DNA of 32,653 bases, from positions 1-32,653 of the forward strand of contig SCUG01000462.1 of assembly GCA_004297645.1 (NCBI GenBank), read 5' to 3'. The stretch comes from Saprospiraceae bacterium. Lineage in GTDB: Bacteria > Bacteroidota > Bacteroidia > Chitinophagales > Saprospiraceae. The stretch's first letter is position 1. Every line of letters starts with the position of its first letter. The notes under the pieces are model-generated. The model was given only the letters and a program-made list of their open reading frames with translations, was not told the origin of the DNA and searched no databases. Made by a program: the position numbers and the translations under genes. This document shows positions 23,838-32,653 of the stretch, in pieces.

Positions 23838-25153
23838 TAAATAAAAATATCGAGCACCAGACATCCGGCGAGGCCCACGAGGGAAACGATGGTTTCCATC
23901 AGTGTCCATGAGCGCAGGGTTTGGCCGATGCTCAGGTTGAAATATTCTTTAAAAAGCCAGAATCCCGTGTCGTTCACCTGCGAGCAGGTGAGGCTGCCGG
24001 CGCCGGTGGCCAGCACGAGTAATTCGGCATTGACGCCGGTGGTGGCCACCATTGGTGCCACGATGCCTGCCGCTGTCAGGGCCGCCACAGTGGCAGAGCC
24101 GAGGGCAATGCGCAACGCCGCCGCAATGCTCCACGCCATGACTAAAGGCGGCACCGCCGTGCCTTTCATCAGACCCACGATATAGTCGCTGGTGCCACTG
24201 TCCACGAGCACCTGTTTTAGCGCACCGCCACCGGCGATGATGAGCATAATCATGGCAATGGCCCCTACTGACTCGGTCATACTTTCCATCACCTGCCGCA
24301 CCGTGCGGCCCATTCGCACACCGAGGGTGTAAACGGCCACGAGGAGGGCGAGCAGCAGCGCCACCATGGGGTGCCCCAAAAATTGGAAGGCAAGGAAAAG
24401 CTCACCCTCGTGCGGCAGCAGCATTTTGGCCACGGCTGCCAGCGCCATCAAAAGCACGGGAATCAGCGCCGTGAGAACGGCTACCCAAAATGCTGGCCGT
24501 GGCTGGTCTTCTGCTACGTCAAGCTTATAAAGTCCTTTGGGCGGTGCGGCGTCTATATTTTTCAAGGTGGAAGCAAACAAAGGCCCGGCGAGCACGACGG
24601 CCGGTATGGCCAGAATGAGTCCGTAAAGCAACGTCAGGTGGATGTCGGCCCCGTAAAATTCCACGATGGCGGCAGGTGCCGGGTGGGGCGGCAAAAACCC
24701 ATGCGTCACCGAAAGGGAGGCTATCATTGGCACGCCCACGTACAGCAAAGGAAGCCGCGTGGATGCCGCCACAGCAAAGATGATGGGGATGACCATGAGA
24801 AATGCCACGGTGTAAAACAATGGCAGCCCGACGATGAACCCCGTCAGCACCATCGCCCATTGCACCCGCCGGACGCCAAATACAGCGATGAGCTTGTCTG
24901 TAATGCTCTGCACTGCGCCGCTCTCCGCCACAAGCGACCCCAGCATAGCACCGAATCCGAGAATCAGTGCCAGCGAGCCAAGGGTATCGCCAATGCCCTT
25001 CTCAATGGTGGTCACGACCTCCATCACCTGCATGCCGATGGCAACGCCAATACCCAATGCCACGCATATCAGCGCTATGAAGGCATTGATGCGAAAATAC
25101 ATGATGAGCACGAGCAGGCTGGCGATGCCGAGAGCGACGATGAGTAGAGGCAT
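23837..25153 (-). CDS. gntP: Gluconate:H+ symporter (GntP family)
   Basis: 438 aa and about 12 TM segments. The N-terminus 'MPLLIVALGIASLLVLIMYFRINAFIALI' and the 'GSALGSATVAAL'-type segments are typical of GntP/GntT permeases. It is flanked by a gluconokinase and a 6PGDH. Confidence 0.85.
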   Translation of the reverse strand: MPLLIVALGIASLLVLIMYFRINAFIALICVALGIGVAIGMQVMEVVTTIEKGIGDTLGSLALILGFGAMLGSLVAESGAVQSITDKLIAVFGVRRVQWAMVLTGFIVGLPLFYTVAFLMVIPIIFAVAASTRLPLLYVGVPMIASLSVTHGFLPPHPAPAAIVEFYGADIHLTLLYGLILAIPAVVLAGPLFASTLKNIDAAPPKGLYKLDVAEDQPRPAFWVAVLTALIPVLLMALAAVAKMLLPHEGELFLAFQFLGHPMVALLLALLVAVYTLGVRMGRTVRQVMESMTESVGAIAMIMLIIAGGGALKQVLVDSGTSDYIVGLMKGTAVPPLVMAWSIAAALRIALGSATVAALTAAGIVAPMVATTGVNAELLVLATGAGSLTCSQVNDTGFWLFKEYFNLSIGQTLRSWTLMETIVSLVGLAGCLVLDIFI

Positions 25154-25182
25154 AATGGTGGTTGGTGGTTAGTTGATTTTTG

Positions 25183-25289
25183 GTATCCCCTCAAAAAATG
25201 CTGGTATTTCGAGCGGCAGGGTTCAAAACCCTGCCGCTCGAAAAAACTGCGTAATTTTGGAAGACTCCCATTAATTTATGAGGGGATAC
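25183..25289. repeat. REP/MITE-like element, copy 1 (11-bp terminal inverted repeats plus an internal 14-17 bp hairpin)
   Basis: gtatcccctca (25183-93) pairs with tgaggggatac (25279-89). The internal hairpin is cgagcggcagggtt caa aaccctgccgctcg (25210-25240). The reverse complement matches 32550-32623 with 3 mismatches in 74 nt, counted by eye. Confidence 0.8.
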
Positions 25290-25420
25290 GATTTTTGTTT
25301 GATTTGGGGTTTCGGGGTTCGGGGCCTCACCCACCTTTCCATTCCCGCAGGGAGCCCGTCCTGGCCACGTTGGCTGCCAGCCCCCGGTTTGGGCGAGCCA
25401 AAGTAGGAAATTCCGGGGAA

Positions 25421-26875
25421 TCAAAAGAGCGGGGCAAGACGGGCAGCCGCTTTTTCATAGTTTCGGAGACAGGCTTTATAAACCTCGTGCCGCTCTGCAT
25501 CGGGGATGTATAGTTGTTTTGTTTTTAAAAACGGGCGGGCGGCTTCGAAATCCGGGAGAATGCCCAGCGCCTTCATGCCGAGCAGCACGGCGCCGAAAGC
25601 GGCACTGTCGCCGCTCTCCCGCACCAACACGTCCACGCCTGAAACATCGGCCATGATTTGCACCCACACGGGCATTTTAGTGAAACCGCCGTTGGCGTAA
25701 ATCCGCTGAATACCCACCCCCAATTCGCCCACTATTTTCCCAATTTGACAGAGATTGAAAACCACGCCTTCGAGCACGGCACGGCAAAAGTGCGCCTGAC
25801 GGTGCTGCGCAGATATGCCGAGGAAAACGCCCCTCGCCGCTTCGTTCCAAATGGGTGCCCGCTCGCCCTGTAGCCACGGCAAAAACAGTAGCCCGCCAGC
25901 GCCAGGGGGCGCCAATTGCGCAAGCCGGGCCACCTCAGCAAAAGGTATTTTCATAAAGTCCTCGCAAAACCACTGCAACGCACTGCCACCGTTGTTGGAT
26001 GCCCCGCCCGAAACGTACCAGCCCTCTGCGAGGAGGTAGTTGAAAATGCGGCCCTGGCCGTCGGGGAGCGCCACCTTTTGGCTCACGCGCAGCGCCGCAC
26101 TCGTGCCGATGGTAATGACCGCCTCGCCCGGAGCTGTGGCCAATTCGCCAAGGTTGGCAAGGCAGCCGTCGCTGGCGCCGGTGACCACCGGCGTATCTGC
26201 CGCAATGCCCAACGTTTCGGCAACGCCGGGCCGCCATTTTCGAAAAACATGATACGGCGAAACGGGAGCAGAAAGCCTTTCGGGCCGGAGGCCCGCAAAA
26301 TCGAGCGCTTCGGCGTGCCAGTGCAACGCCGCATGGCCGAACAAACCAGTGGCCGAGGCCAATGAGTAATCTATCGCCCATTCGCCGGTCAGGTGGAAAA
26401 TGAGATATTCTTTGATAGACACGAATTTGTGTGCCCGCTTGAAAAGCTCCGCTTCGTGGTCGCGCAGCCAGGCTATTTTACACAGTGGACTCATGCTGTG
26501 GAGCGGGGTGCCGGTGTGCCGGTAAATCGAGGCACCCACCGGGCTGGATTTCAATTGCGAAGCATAACCACTGCTGCGGTTATCGGCCCAGATGATGCAA
26601 CGGGAAAGCGCCCCGCCCGCTGCATCCACGGCCAATACACCGTGCATGGCGGCGCTCAGGGCGATGCCCGCCAATTGCCTCCCCGGCCGGGCGGCCTTCT
26701 TCAGCACTTCCAGGCAGGCGGCTGCTACCACATCCGCGTCCTGTTCGGCATAGCCGGGCTGCGGCGAGGCAATGGGATAAGATGCACTTTCGGAAGCCAG
26801 CAGCCGGCCCTGTGCCGAGACGGCGATGGCCTTTGCGTTGGTGGTGCCGATGTCGAGTCCGATGAGGTATGGCAA
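25421..26875 (-). CDS. gntK: Gluconokinase (FGGY carbohydrate kinase family)
   Basis: 'YLIGLDIGTTNAKA' is the FGGY N-terminal motif, and 'GGASNNGG' and 'IYANGGFTK' are C-domain motifs. Substrate specificity is inferred from the operon context only. The start codon is TTG (26873-75), with no in-frame ATG nearby. Confidence 0.8.
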   Translation of the reverse strand: MPYLIGLDIGTTNAKAIAVSAQGRLLASESASYPIASPQPGYAEQDADVVAAACLEVLKKAARPGRQLAGIALSAAMHGVLAVDAAGGALSRCIIWADNRSSGYASQLKSSPVGASIYRHTGTPLHSMSPLCKIAWLRDHEAELFKRAHKFVSIKEYLIFHLTGEWAIDYSLASATGLFGHAALHWHAEALDFAGLRPERLSAPVSPYHVFRKWRPGVAETLGIAADTPVVTGASDGCLANLGELATAPGEAVITIGTSAALRVSQKVALPDGQGRIFNYLLAEGWYVSGGASNNGGSALQWFCEDFMKIPFAEVARLAQLAPPGAGGLLFLPWLQGERAPIWNEAARGVFLGISAQHRQAHFCRAVLEGVVFNLCQIGKIVGELGVGIQRIYANGGFTKMPVWVQIMADVSGVDVLVRESGDSAAFGAVLLGMKALGILPDFEAARPFLKTKQLYIPDAERHEVYKACLRNYEKAAARLAPLF

Positions 26876-26910
26876 TGGTTTTGGATTGAAATTGGTAAAA
26901 GCCCCAAAGT

Positions 26911-26945
26911 AAAAAAGCTCCGGGAAATTTGGTACCCCCGGAGCT
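26911..26945 (-). terminator. Intrinsic-terminator-like hairpin 36 nt upstream of the gntK start
   Basis: agctccggg (26916-24) pairs with cccggagct (26937-45), a 9-bp stem. On the minus strand it is followed directly by TTTTT. No minus-strand gene lies upstream of it. Confidence 0.5.
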
Positions 26946-27321
26946 ATTTACCCGGCATGGCGGCATTACATTCGCTGGCAGTGGATAGATGGGAAAACCG
27001 AAGCACTGTTTCAAGCGGCAACAGGGGTGGTGCAACCTCCTTTTTACACCTGCCCCTGTTAATGAGTGTCATATTATTTGTACGATTTTCCATTGCACAG
27101 ATCAAACCAAACCCTTCTTTTGGAGAGCCGGAAATGAACGCGAAAGTCGCAATTACAAAAAAAATACAGCCTGGAAAAGCCCGGAAAAAATAGCCAAAAG
27201 CTGTAACCTTAGAAGTGTGAACTTCACCAGCTAAATTGCCAAAAATCATTAGGGGACTGCTGGAAAAATGCTCACCTTTGTGTCCTCAAAATTCGATGCA
27301 CTATCACCTAACAAATGAATT

Positions 27322-29622
27322 ATGAACCAGTCAGATAAAACCAAAGACGGCCTGCGAAAAGCAACCCTGGATTACCACGAATTCCCGCGCCACGGCAAAA
27401 TAGAAGTGCGGCCTACCAAACCCTGCGTCACCCAGGAGGATTTGTCAATGGCCTACACCCCCGGCGTCGCCGAGCCATGTTTAGACATCGCCAAGGACCC
27501 CTCGCTGGCAAGGCGCTACACCGCAAAAGGCAACCTCGTCGCCGTGGTCAGCAACGGCACCGCCGTGCTCGGCCTCGGCAACATCGGCCCCCTCGCCAGC
27601 AAACCCGTCATGGAGGGCAAGGGCGTACTCTTCAAAAGATTCGCCGACATAGACGTGTTTGACATCGAGGTGGACTCCGAAGACCCCCAACAAGTCATCA
27701 ACACCGTGCGCAATATCGCACCGACTTTTGGCGGCATCAACCTCGAAGACATCAAAGCGCCGGAGTGTTTTGAAATTGAGGAGACCCTGAAACGGGAACT
27801 CGACATCCCCGTCTTTCACGATGACCAGCACGGCACGGCCATCATCTCCGGGGCAGCCCTGCTCAACGCATTAGAATTGGTGAAAAAAAACATCGCCAAA
27901 GTCACCTTAGTCGTCAGTGGCGCCGGGGCAGCCGGCATCGCCTGCGCCAACTTTTACATCAGCCTCGGCGTGAAATTAGAGAACATCCTGATGGTGGACA
28001 GCAAGGGTGTGCTTTGGACTGGCCGCGGCGACGACGACCGCAACAAATACAAAAAGAAATTCTTCCGCCAAACCAAAGCCCGTACCCTCGGCGACGCCGT
28101 CCGCGGCGCCGACGTATTTTGCGGCGCTTCTACAAAGGATATTTTAAAACCCGACATGGTGCGCCTCATGGCCGACAGGCCCATCATCTTCGCCTTGGCA
28201 AACCCCGACCCGGAAATCAGCTACGCCGCCGCCAAAGAGGCCCGGCCCGACGCCATCGTCGCCACCGGCCGCAGCGATTATCCCAACCAGGTGAACAACG
28301 TGCTGGGCTTCCCTTCCATCTTCCGCGGCGCCCTCGACGTGGAAGCTACCGCCATCAACGAAGAAATGAAAATGGCAGCGTCCAAGGCTCTCGCCGCCTT
28401 GGCAAAAGAAGAGGTGCCCGACGCCGTGAAAAAGGCTTACGACGACATGGATTTCTCTTTCGGCCCCGACTACATCATTCCAAAACCCTTCGACCCCAGG
28501 GTGCTCGTCTGGGGTGCTACGGCAGTAGCGGAGGCCGCCATGCGCAGCGGCGTTGCCCGCAGACACCTCGACTTAGATAAATACCGCGAGTCGCTCAAAG
28601 TAAAGATGGACTGGTCGCGGGAGTTCATGCGCAAGATTTACATCATGGCCAAAAAAGACCCCAAGCGCATCGTGTTCCCAGAAGGCGACCATCCGAAAAT
28701 TATTTGGGCTGCCAGCGAACTGGCGCAAGAAGGCTACGCCATACCCATCCTTTTAACTAAAAACAAGAAGGCATTGCTGACCAAGTTCAAAGAACTGCAC
28801 CACGACGCCAAAAATATCGAAATCGTAGAACCGGGAAATTGGCCCTACCTCGACGACTATGCGCAGGAATACTACCGCCTGCGGCAGCGCAAAGGCAAAA
28901 CCAAAGATGGCGCAGTGCTCAGCATGGAAAACTTCTTCTACTTCGGTACCATGATGGTGCACATGGGCCATGCCGACGGCCTCGTGGCCGGGGTCAGCGT
29001 AAGCGTGCCATCTGTGCTGCGCCCTGCGCTGAAAATCATCGGCCCGCGGAAAGGCGGCAAAATCGTGGGTGGCATGTACCTGCTCCAACACGAGGGCAAG
29101 AGTTACTTCTTCGCCGACTCGGCGGTGAACATCAACCCCACGGCCGGCCAGTTGGTGGAAATCACGCTGATGGCAGCCGATGAAATGGAACGCATGCAAA
29201 TAGAACCACGCGCGGCCATGCTCTCGTTTTCCAATTTCGGCTCGGTGCGTTCTCCCGAAACGGAGAAAATGCGCGAAGCCGTGGAGCAGGTGCGGCAACT
29301 GCGGCCCGCCATGACCATAGATGGGCCTATGCAACCCGACGTAGCGCTCAATCCCAATTTCAGGGCCGAACATTTCCCGTTTGCCGAGCTTAACCGGGAA
29401 CCTAACCTGCTGGTGTTCCCGAACCTCGATGCCGCCAATATCAGCTTGCGCTTAGTGCGCCAACTGAGCAACGCCCATATCATTGGCCCTATCATGTTCG
29501 GTATGGCCAAGCCCATCCAAACCTTGCAAAAGGGCACCGAGGTCAACAACATTGTGAATGTGGCTGCCATTGCCTGTGTGGATGCTCAGAAAATAGAAGC
29601 ACAAAAATTGGCGGCTGTTTAA
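27322..29622 (+). CDS. maeB: NADP-dependent malic enzyme (malic enzyme domain fused to a PTA-like domain)
   Basis: 766 aa. '[11 protein letters not shown]', '[17 protein letters not shown]', '[15 protein letters not shown]', '[12 protein letters not shown]' and 'SGAGAAG', followed by a C-terminal domain of about 330 aa that resembles phosphate acetyltransferase. Confidence 0.95.
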   Translation: MNQSDKTKDGLRKATLDYHEFPRHGKIEVRPTKPCVTQEDLSMAYTPGVAEPCLDIAKDPSLARRYTAKGNLVAVVSNGTAVLGLGNIGPLASKPVMEGKGVLFKRFADIDVFDIEVDSEDPQQVINTVRNIAPTFGGINLEDIKAPECFEIEETLKRELDIPVFHDDQHGTAIISGAALLNALELVKKNIAKVTLVVSGAGAAGIACANFYISLGVKLENILMVDSKGVLWTGRGDDDRNKYKKKFFRQTKARTLGDAVRGADVFCGASTKDILKPDMVRLMADRPIIFALANPDPEISYAAAKEARPDAIVATGRSDYPNQVNNVLGFPSIFRGALDVEATAINEEMKMAASKALAALAKEEVPDAVKKAYDDMDFSFGPDYIIPKPFDPRVLVWGATAVAEAAMRSGVARRHLDLDKYRESLKVKMDWSREFMRKIYIMAKKDPKRIVFPEGDHPKIIWAASELAQEGYAIPILLTKNKKALLTKFKELHHDAKNIEIVEPGNWPYLDDYAQEYYRLRQRKGKTKDGAVLSMENFFYFGTMMVHMGHADGLVAGVSVSVPSVLRPALKIIGPRKGGKIVGGMYLLQHEGKSYFFADSAVNINPTAGQLVEITLMAADEMERMQIEPRAAMLSFSNFGSVRSPETEKMREAVEQVRQLRPAMTIDGPMQPDVALNPNFRAEHFPFAELNREPNLLVFPNLDAANISLRLVRQLSNAHIIGPIMFGMAKPIQTLQKGTEVNNIVNVAAIACVDAQKIEAQKLAAV

Positions 29623-29625
29623 ACT

Positions 29626-29688
29626 GAGGTTTAGGAGGTGTAAGAGGTTTAGCTCCAAACGTGCTAAACCTCTTACACCTCCTTAAAC
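29626..29688 (+). terminator. Long hairpin of the GGTTTAG family directly after the maeB stop
   Basis: ggaggtgtaagaggtttagc (29634-53) pairs perfectly with gctaaacctcttacacctcc (29663-82). The loop is tccaaacgt. The stem extends by gttta/taaac with one bulge. No U-tract follows, so a terminator function is presumed rather than shown. Confidence 0.5.
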
Positions 29689-29730
29689 TTCACACAACTC
29701 AACCGCCCGGCAACGAAAATCTTAGCTCCC

Positions 29731-30753
29731 TTGAAACTGAAACTGCACCCCTTCACCTTAGTTTTGAATGAGCCTTTCACCATTTCGAGGGGTTCGTATT
29801 CTCAGCGCAAAGCGCTGTTCGTCGAGTTATTATCGGGAGATAAAAGCGGTTTTGGCGAAGCCTCGGAGCACGCTTACTACGGCGTAAATTTCGACGATTT
29901 GCAGGCCAAAGCTGCTGCCATACAGCCCATCGTCGAAGGGTATGCCTTCGACAATCCCGCAAATTTTTGGGAATACATGCGGCCTCATTTAGCAGGCGCC
30001 CCTTTTCTGCAATGTGCGCTCGACGAAGCCGCCCACGACTTGTACGGTAAGCTCTGCGACCGGCCTTGCCAGGAGCTTTGGGAAATGCCGAACGATGGCC
30101 CGCTCCCGAAAACAAGTTTCACCCTGAGCATGGACACCACGGAAAATTTAGTGGAAAAGGTGAAATCTCACCGTTTTGAAATTTACAAAATCAAGTTGGG
30201 CACCTCAGATGATTTGGCCGTTCTGGCGGCACTGCGCCCTCACACCAAAGCGGTGTTTCGGGTGGATGCCAACTGCGCCTGGACGGCGGAGGAAGCCGTC
30301 ATGAATTCCATCAAAATGAAAAACTTAGGCGTGGAATTCATGGAGCAGCCCCTGCCCGCCGGCGATTGGGAAGGCATGGAAAAAGTGTACGCCGGTTCAG
30401 CACTCCCCGTCTTTGCCGACGAGGCCTGTGTTGGCGAAGCGGATGTTGGAAAATGCGCCTCCTCCTTCCACGGCATCAACATCAAGTTGATGAAATGCGG
30501 CGGCCTCACCCCTGCCCTTCGCATGATAAAGCAGGCCCGCACCCTCGGACTGAAAGTGATGTGCGGCTGCATGGTGGAAAGCTCAGTGGGCATCTCGGCC
30601 ATCGCCCAGTTACTGCCCTTGCTCGATTATGTGGACATGGATGGGCCGCTGTTTTTGAAAAACAACCCCGCCAGGGGTGCCCGTATTCTGAACGACGGAA
30701 CCATCGTCCTGCCTGCCTCGCCGGGGTTGGGTATTCATTTTCTAAAGGCTTAG
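29731..30753 (+). CDS. Enolase-superfamily dipeptide epimerase (L-Ala-D/L-Glu epimerase-like)
   Basis: 340 aa. 'FEIYKIKLG', 'FRVDANCAW' and 'FMEQPLP', with 'ADE' and 'INIKLMKCGG' typical of the MR/MLE subgroup of dipeptide epimerases. The start is TTG at 29731 (no nearby ATG). Confidence 0.75.
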   Translation: MKLKLHPFTLVLNEPFTISRGSYSQRKALFVELLSGDKSGFGEASEHAYYGVNFDDLQAKAAAIQPIVEGYAFDNPANFWEYMRPHLAGAPFLQCALDEAAHDLYGKLCDRPCQELWEMPNDGPLPKTSFTLSMDTTENLVEKVKSHRFEIYKIKLGTSDDLAVLAALRPHTKAVFRVDANCAWTAEEAVMNSIKMKNLGVEFMEQPLPAGDWEGMEKVYAGSALPVFADEACVGEADVGKCASSFHGINIKLMKCGGLTPALRMIKQARTLGLKVMCGCMVESSVGISAIAQLLPLLDYVDMDGPLFLKNNPARGARILNDGTIVLPASPGLGIHFLKA

Positions 30754-30794
30754 AAAATTCTACCTGCCACAGCCGTGTTTGTCCTGGCACATTC

Positions 30795-30840
30795 CAAAAA
30801 AAAAATCGTGGCAGCACCGGTACTCCGGCACTGCCACGAT
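30795..30840 (-). terminator. Intrinsic terminator after the carbonic anhydrase gene
   Basis: atcgtggcag (30805-14) pairs with ctgccacgat (30831-40), a 10-bp perfect stem. On the minus strand it is followed by T10 (30795-30804). Confidence 0.8.
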
Positions 30841-30876
30841 ATTGCAAGCGTGCTATCTAAGAGAGAGAAAACACGC

Positions 30877-31788
30877 TTATTGTGCCCTTACAAGGCGGGA
30901 ATTCAACGGCTCTACCGGGCGATAGTTTTCGTGAAGGATTTCTTCCAATTCCACGAGTTGCTCATGGGAAGCGTGGATGGTGCTTGACCATACCATCCAA
31001 CTGACAATTTCAGAGCAGGGCGGTGTAGTCAGGGAGCCTTCATACCACCAGAAATGTTGCTTCAACCAATGGTTGTAATTCTGCGGCATCAGCTCGTTGG
31101 CGTTGTAAGAATCGGCAGATTCATAATCGCCTTCGCTATGCGGGAAATGCTCCAGGAAATCAGCAAAGAAGGGGTTTTCGGCACCTTCTTCGATGAAAAC
31201 GCCGATGACTGCCAGCTTGCCGGTGCTCAGGTTTTTGTGCACGAAGTGAATCTCCGCAGGGAAATGCTCGCCATTCACTGTGTGCTCAGAGGCAGCATGT
31301 AAGTGGAACTGCAACAGGTGGTACTTCTGCCCATTGAGCGTGATGTAGCTGCCCTGGTTGTGGTTTGTAGCCAAATCGCCGGGCTGGTCGTAGTTGAATT
31401 GAATGGTGTGACCATTGTTGACGATGTGGGTTTCGGAGTTCTCCCAATAAAAATAGAGGGATTTAGATTTTTTCCGGGCTGGTGGCGGCACAATGTTTAC
31501 CGGAGACTGTGCCACGCCGCCGCACGACCACTCGGGGCAAAGCTCAGCCCAATGGTCAGGACCTTCCGGGCCTTCGTAATGCCAATGGATTTCGTCGCCA
31601 TTACAATCTGTGCGCAGAGAAATGCTGCCGTCGTTGCCGGGCGTGTAAACCGAAGCGGTGCCTTCGTCTGCCACGTTCACGGGGGGAGAAATATCCTGCG
31701 TCGCATTCGAGCAGGAGCTAAAAGTGAGGGTAGCCAACATAGCAAAGGCCAGCGCTGGCACCAGGAAAAAAGTTTTAAATGACTTCAT
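30877..31788 (-). CDS. Alpha-class carbonic anhydrase, probable lipoprotein
   Basis: 'HWHYEGPEGPDHW', 'QSPVNI', 'QFHLHAASEHTVNGEHFPAEIHFVH' (zinc His triad) and 'YEGSLTTPPCSE'. The signal peptide has a 'TFSSC' lipobox. Confidence 0.9.
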   Translation of the reverse strand: MKSFKTFFLVPALAFAMLATLTFSSCSNATQDISPPVNVADEGTASVYTPGNDGSISLRTDCNGDEIHWHYEGPEGPDHWAELCPEWSCGGVAQSPVNIVPPPARKKSKSLYFYWENSETHIVNNGHTIQFNYDQPGDLATNHNQGSYITLNGQKYHLLQFHLHAASEHTVNGEHFPAEIHFVHKNLSTGKLAVIGVFIEEGAENPFFADFLEHFPHSEGDYESADSYNANELMPQNYNHWLKQHFWWYEGSLTTPPCSEIVSWMVWSSTIHASHEQLVELEEILHENYRPVEPLNSRLVRAQ

Positions 31789-32217
31789 GATATGAAAGGT
31801 TTAAGTTAAGAAATACAACGCATAGCATCCATGCCGTGTATCGGGCCTTATAGTTCGCAAAGCATAGAGTTGACCTATAAGCTATCTCAAGAGTATAAAA
31901 GTAGCAGGATGTGTGAATGAAATTGCGTAAAACGCCGGCTGAAAGTTGGGATGGAAATATTCTTTAGAGGTCTATCAAACACTAATTCAAGTTGACAAAT
32001 GTAATTTTAATTTTTGTTTTCCAAACAACCTTGCAGATTTTTTTTGCGTACAAATTTCATGGCTTTGAGCTGGCATTTATTTTCAAGGGTAAGCCTGCGG
32101 CTGGCAGCGCAAACCAACCGTCATAGCGCACTAAATTTATAGCAATAATAGTTGGGGAAGTTGCCGCTCATTGCTAATTTGGCAACAAAATAAACTGGCT
32201 GCATTTTCATAATCAAC

Positions 32218-32568
32218 ATGACCCTCAACCTGCGAACAATAGTACGAGTGCCACAGCGAATGCTGTGGGCCTTCGTCATGGAGAGCAAAGAGACGAAGGA
32301 GATGCTGCACATCTTTGCCCGGCAGGGCAAAAAGATACTGATAGTGCGGTCAGCGGAAGGGCCATCGGAGGAGGAAATGAAAAAGGCCGTCGAACAGCTC
32401 AAGGACATTCCACGGATTCTTCCTTTCTTCATTCTTATCGTGGTGCCCGCACCCGGAGTCACCGAAGGTTATGTTTTACTGGCCATAACACTGGAAAAAT
32501 GGTTGGGGCAAAAGGTGAACCTGCTGCCCAGCCATTTCAAAAATATTTTGTATTCCCTCATAAATTAA
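32218..32568 (+). CDS. Hypothetical small protein (116 aa) with a hydrophobic segment
   Basis: It is the only sizeable ORF after a 430-bp AT-rich region. 'PSEEEMKKAVEQLKDIPRILPFFILIVVPAPG' suggests a membrane anchor. The last 6 codons lie inside REP-like copy 2. No family recognised. Confidence 0.45.
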   Translation: MTLNLRTIVRVPQRMLWAFVMESKETKEMLHIFARQGKKILIVRSAEGPSEEEMKKAVEQLKDIPRILPFFILIVVPAPGVTEGYVLLAITLEKWLGQKVNLLPSHFKNILYSLIN

Positions 32569-32653
32569 TGGGAGTTTTCCAAAATTACGCAGTCTTTTCG
32601 AGCGGCAGGGTTTTGAACCCTGCGTTTCAGATACGAAAACGCAGGGTTCAAAA
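32550..32653. repeat. REP/MITE-like element, copy 2 (opposite orientation, runs off the window end)
   Basis: gtattccctcataaattaatgggagttttccaaaattacgcagtcttttcgagcggcagggttttgaaccctgc matches the reverse complement of 25216-25289. It then continues as overlapping hairpins gcagggtt/aaccctgc (32605-23), ctgcgttt/aaacgcag (32620-44) and gcagggtt again (32641-). Confidence 0.8.

Noticed and set aside
24371-25147. 258-aa plus-strand ORF opposite gntP. The same applies to 8312-8803, 10505-11110, 12185-12790, 15040-15738, 19199-19789 and 28753-29373.
   Set aside because: All of them overlap confidently assigned genes on the other strand or in another frame, and all have Arg/Gly/His-rich shadow composition. 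None has independent start or promoter support.
26944-27249. 101-aa minus-strand ORF upstream of gntK
   Set aside because: It has no motifs and an odd composition, and it spans hairpin elements. It is more consistent with a non-coding leader or sRNA region.
31789-32217. Promoter boxes in the AT-rich region upstream of the carbonic anhydrase gene and the 32218 ORF
   Set aside because: Several near-matches exist (taatttgg, taatttttg) but none fits TAnnTTTG exactly, so no call was made.
32599-32653. Possible start of a CRISPR array (repeated GCAGGGTT…AACCCTGC units)
   Set aside because: The units are 19-nt palindromes separated by about 17 nt, far too short for repeat-spacer structure. The sequence is a continuation of a REP-like element also seen at 25183-25289.

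Overview
The window looks like a Bacteroidota chromosome segment. Three secreted proteins end in T9SS-type C-terminal sorting domains, several genes have TAnnTTTG -7 boxes just upstream, and the gene families fit that phylum. There are three parts. (1) Positions 1 to about 5700 form an accessory island of five short modules: a PIN toxin with a frame-broken antitoxin; an overlapping pair of unknown genes; a 4-Cys orphan protein; an antitoxin with a truncated ParE-like toxin; and a PurD-like ATP-grasp enzyme with a GNAT. Every module junction carries a copy of the same roughly 70-140 bp repeat. This is my main candidate for something undescribed. It has a cassette-array architecture but no canonical integron attC cores and no recombinase in view. 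(2) Positions 5.8-14 kb encode three large T9SS cargo proteins, one of them very Cys-rich with recently homogenised internal modules. (3) Positions 14-32.6 kb are mostly housekeeping: DUF2911, HupE-DUF6702-M1 peptidase, a THUMP RNA methyltransferase, DUF1761, an orphan histidine kinase, a YdeI-like protein, a gluconate operon (gntK-gntP-gnd), maeB, a dipeptide epimerase and an alpha-carbonic anhydrase. Part 3 is interspersed with two kinds of intergenic repeat: hairpins whose arms are tandem 8-9 nt oligomers, and a dispersed REP/MITE-like element present twice. All product names come from motifs read by eye in the ORF translations. No database search was run.
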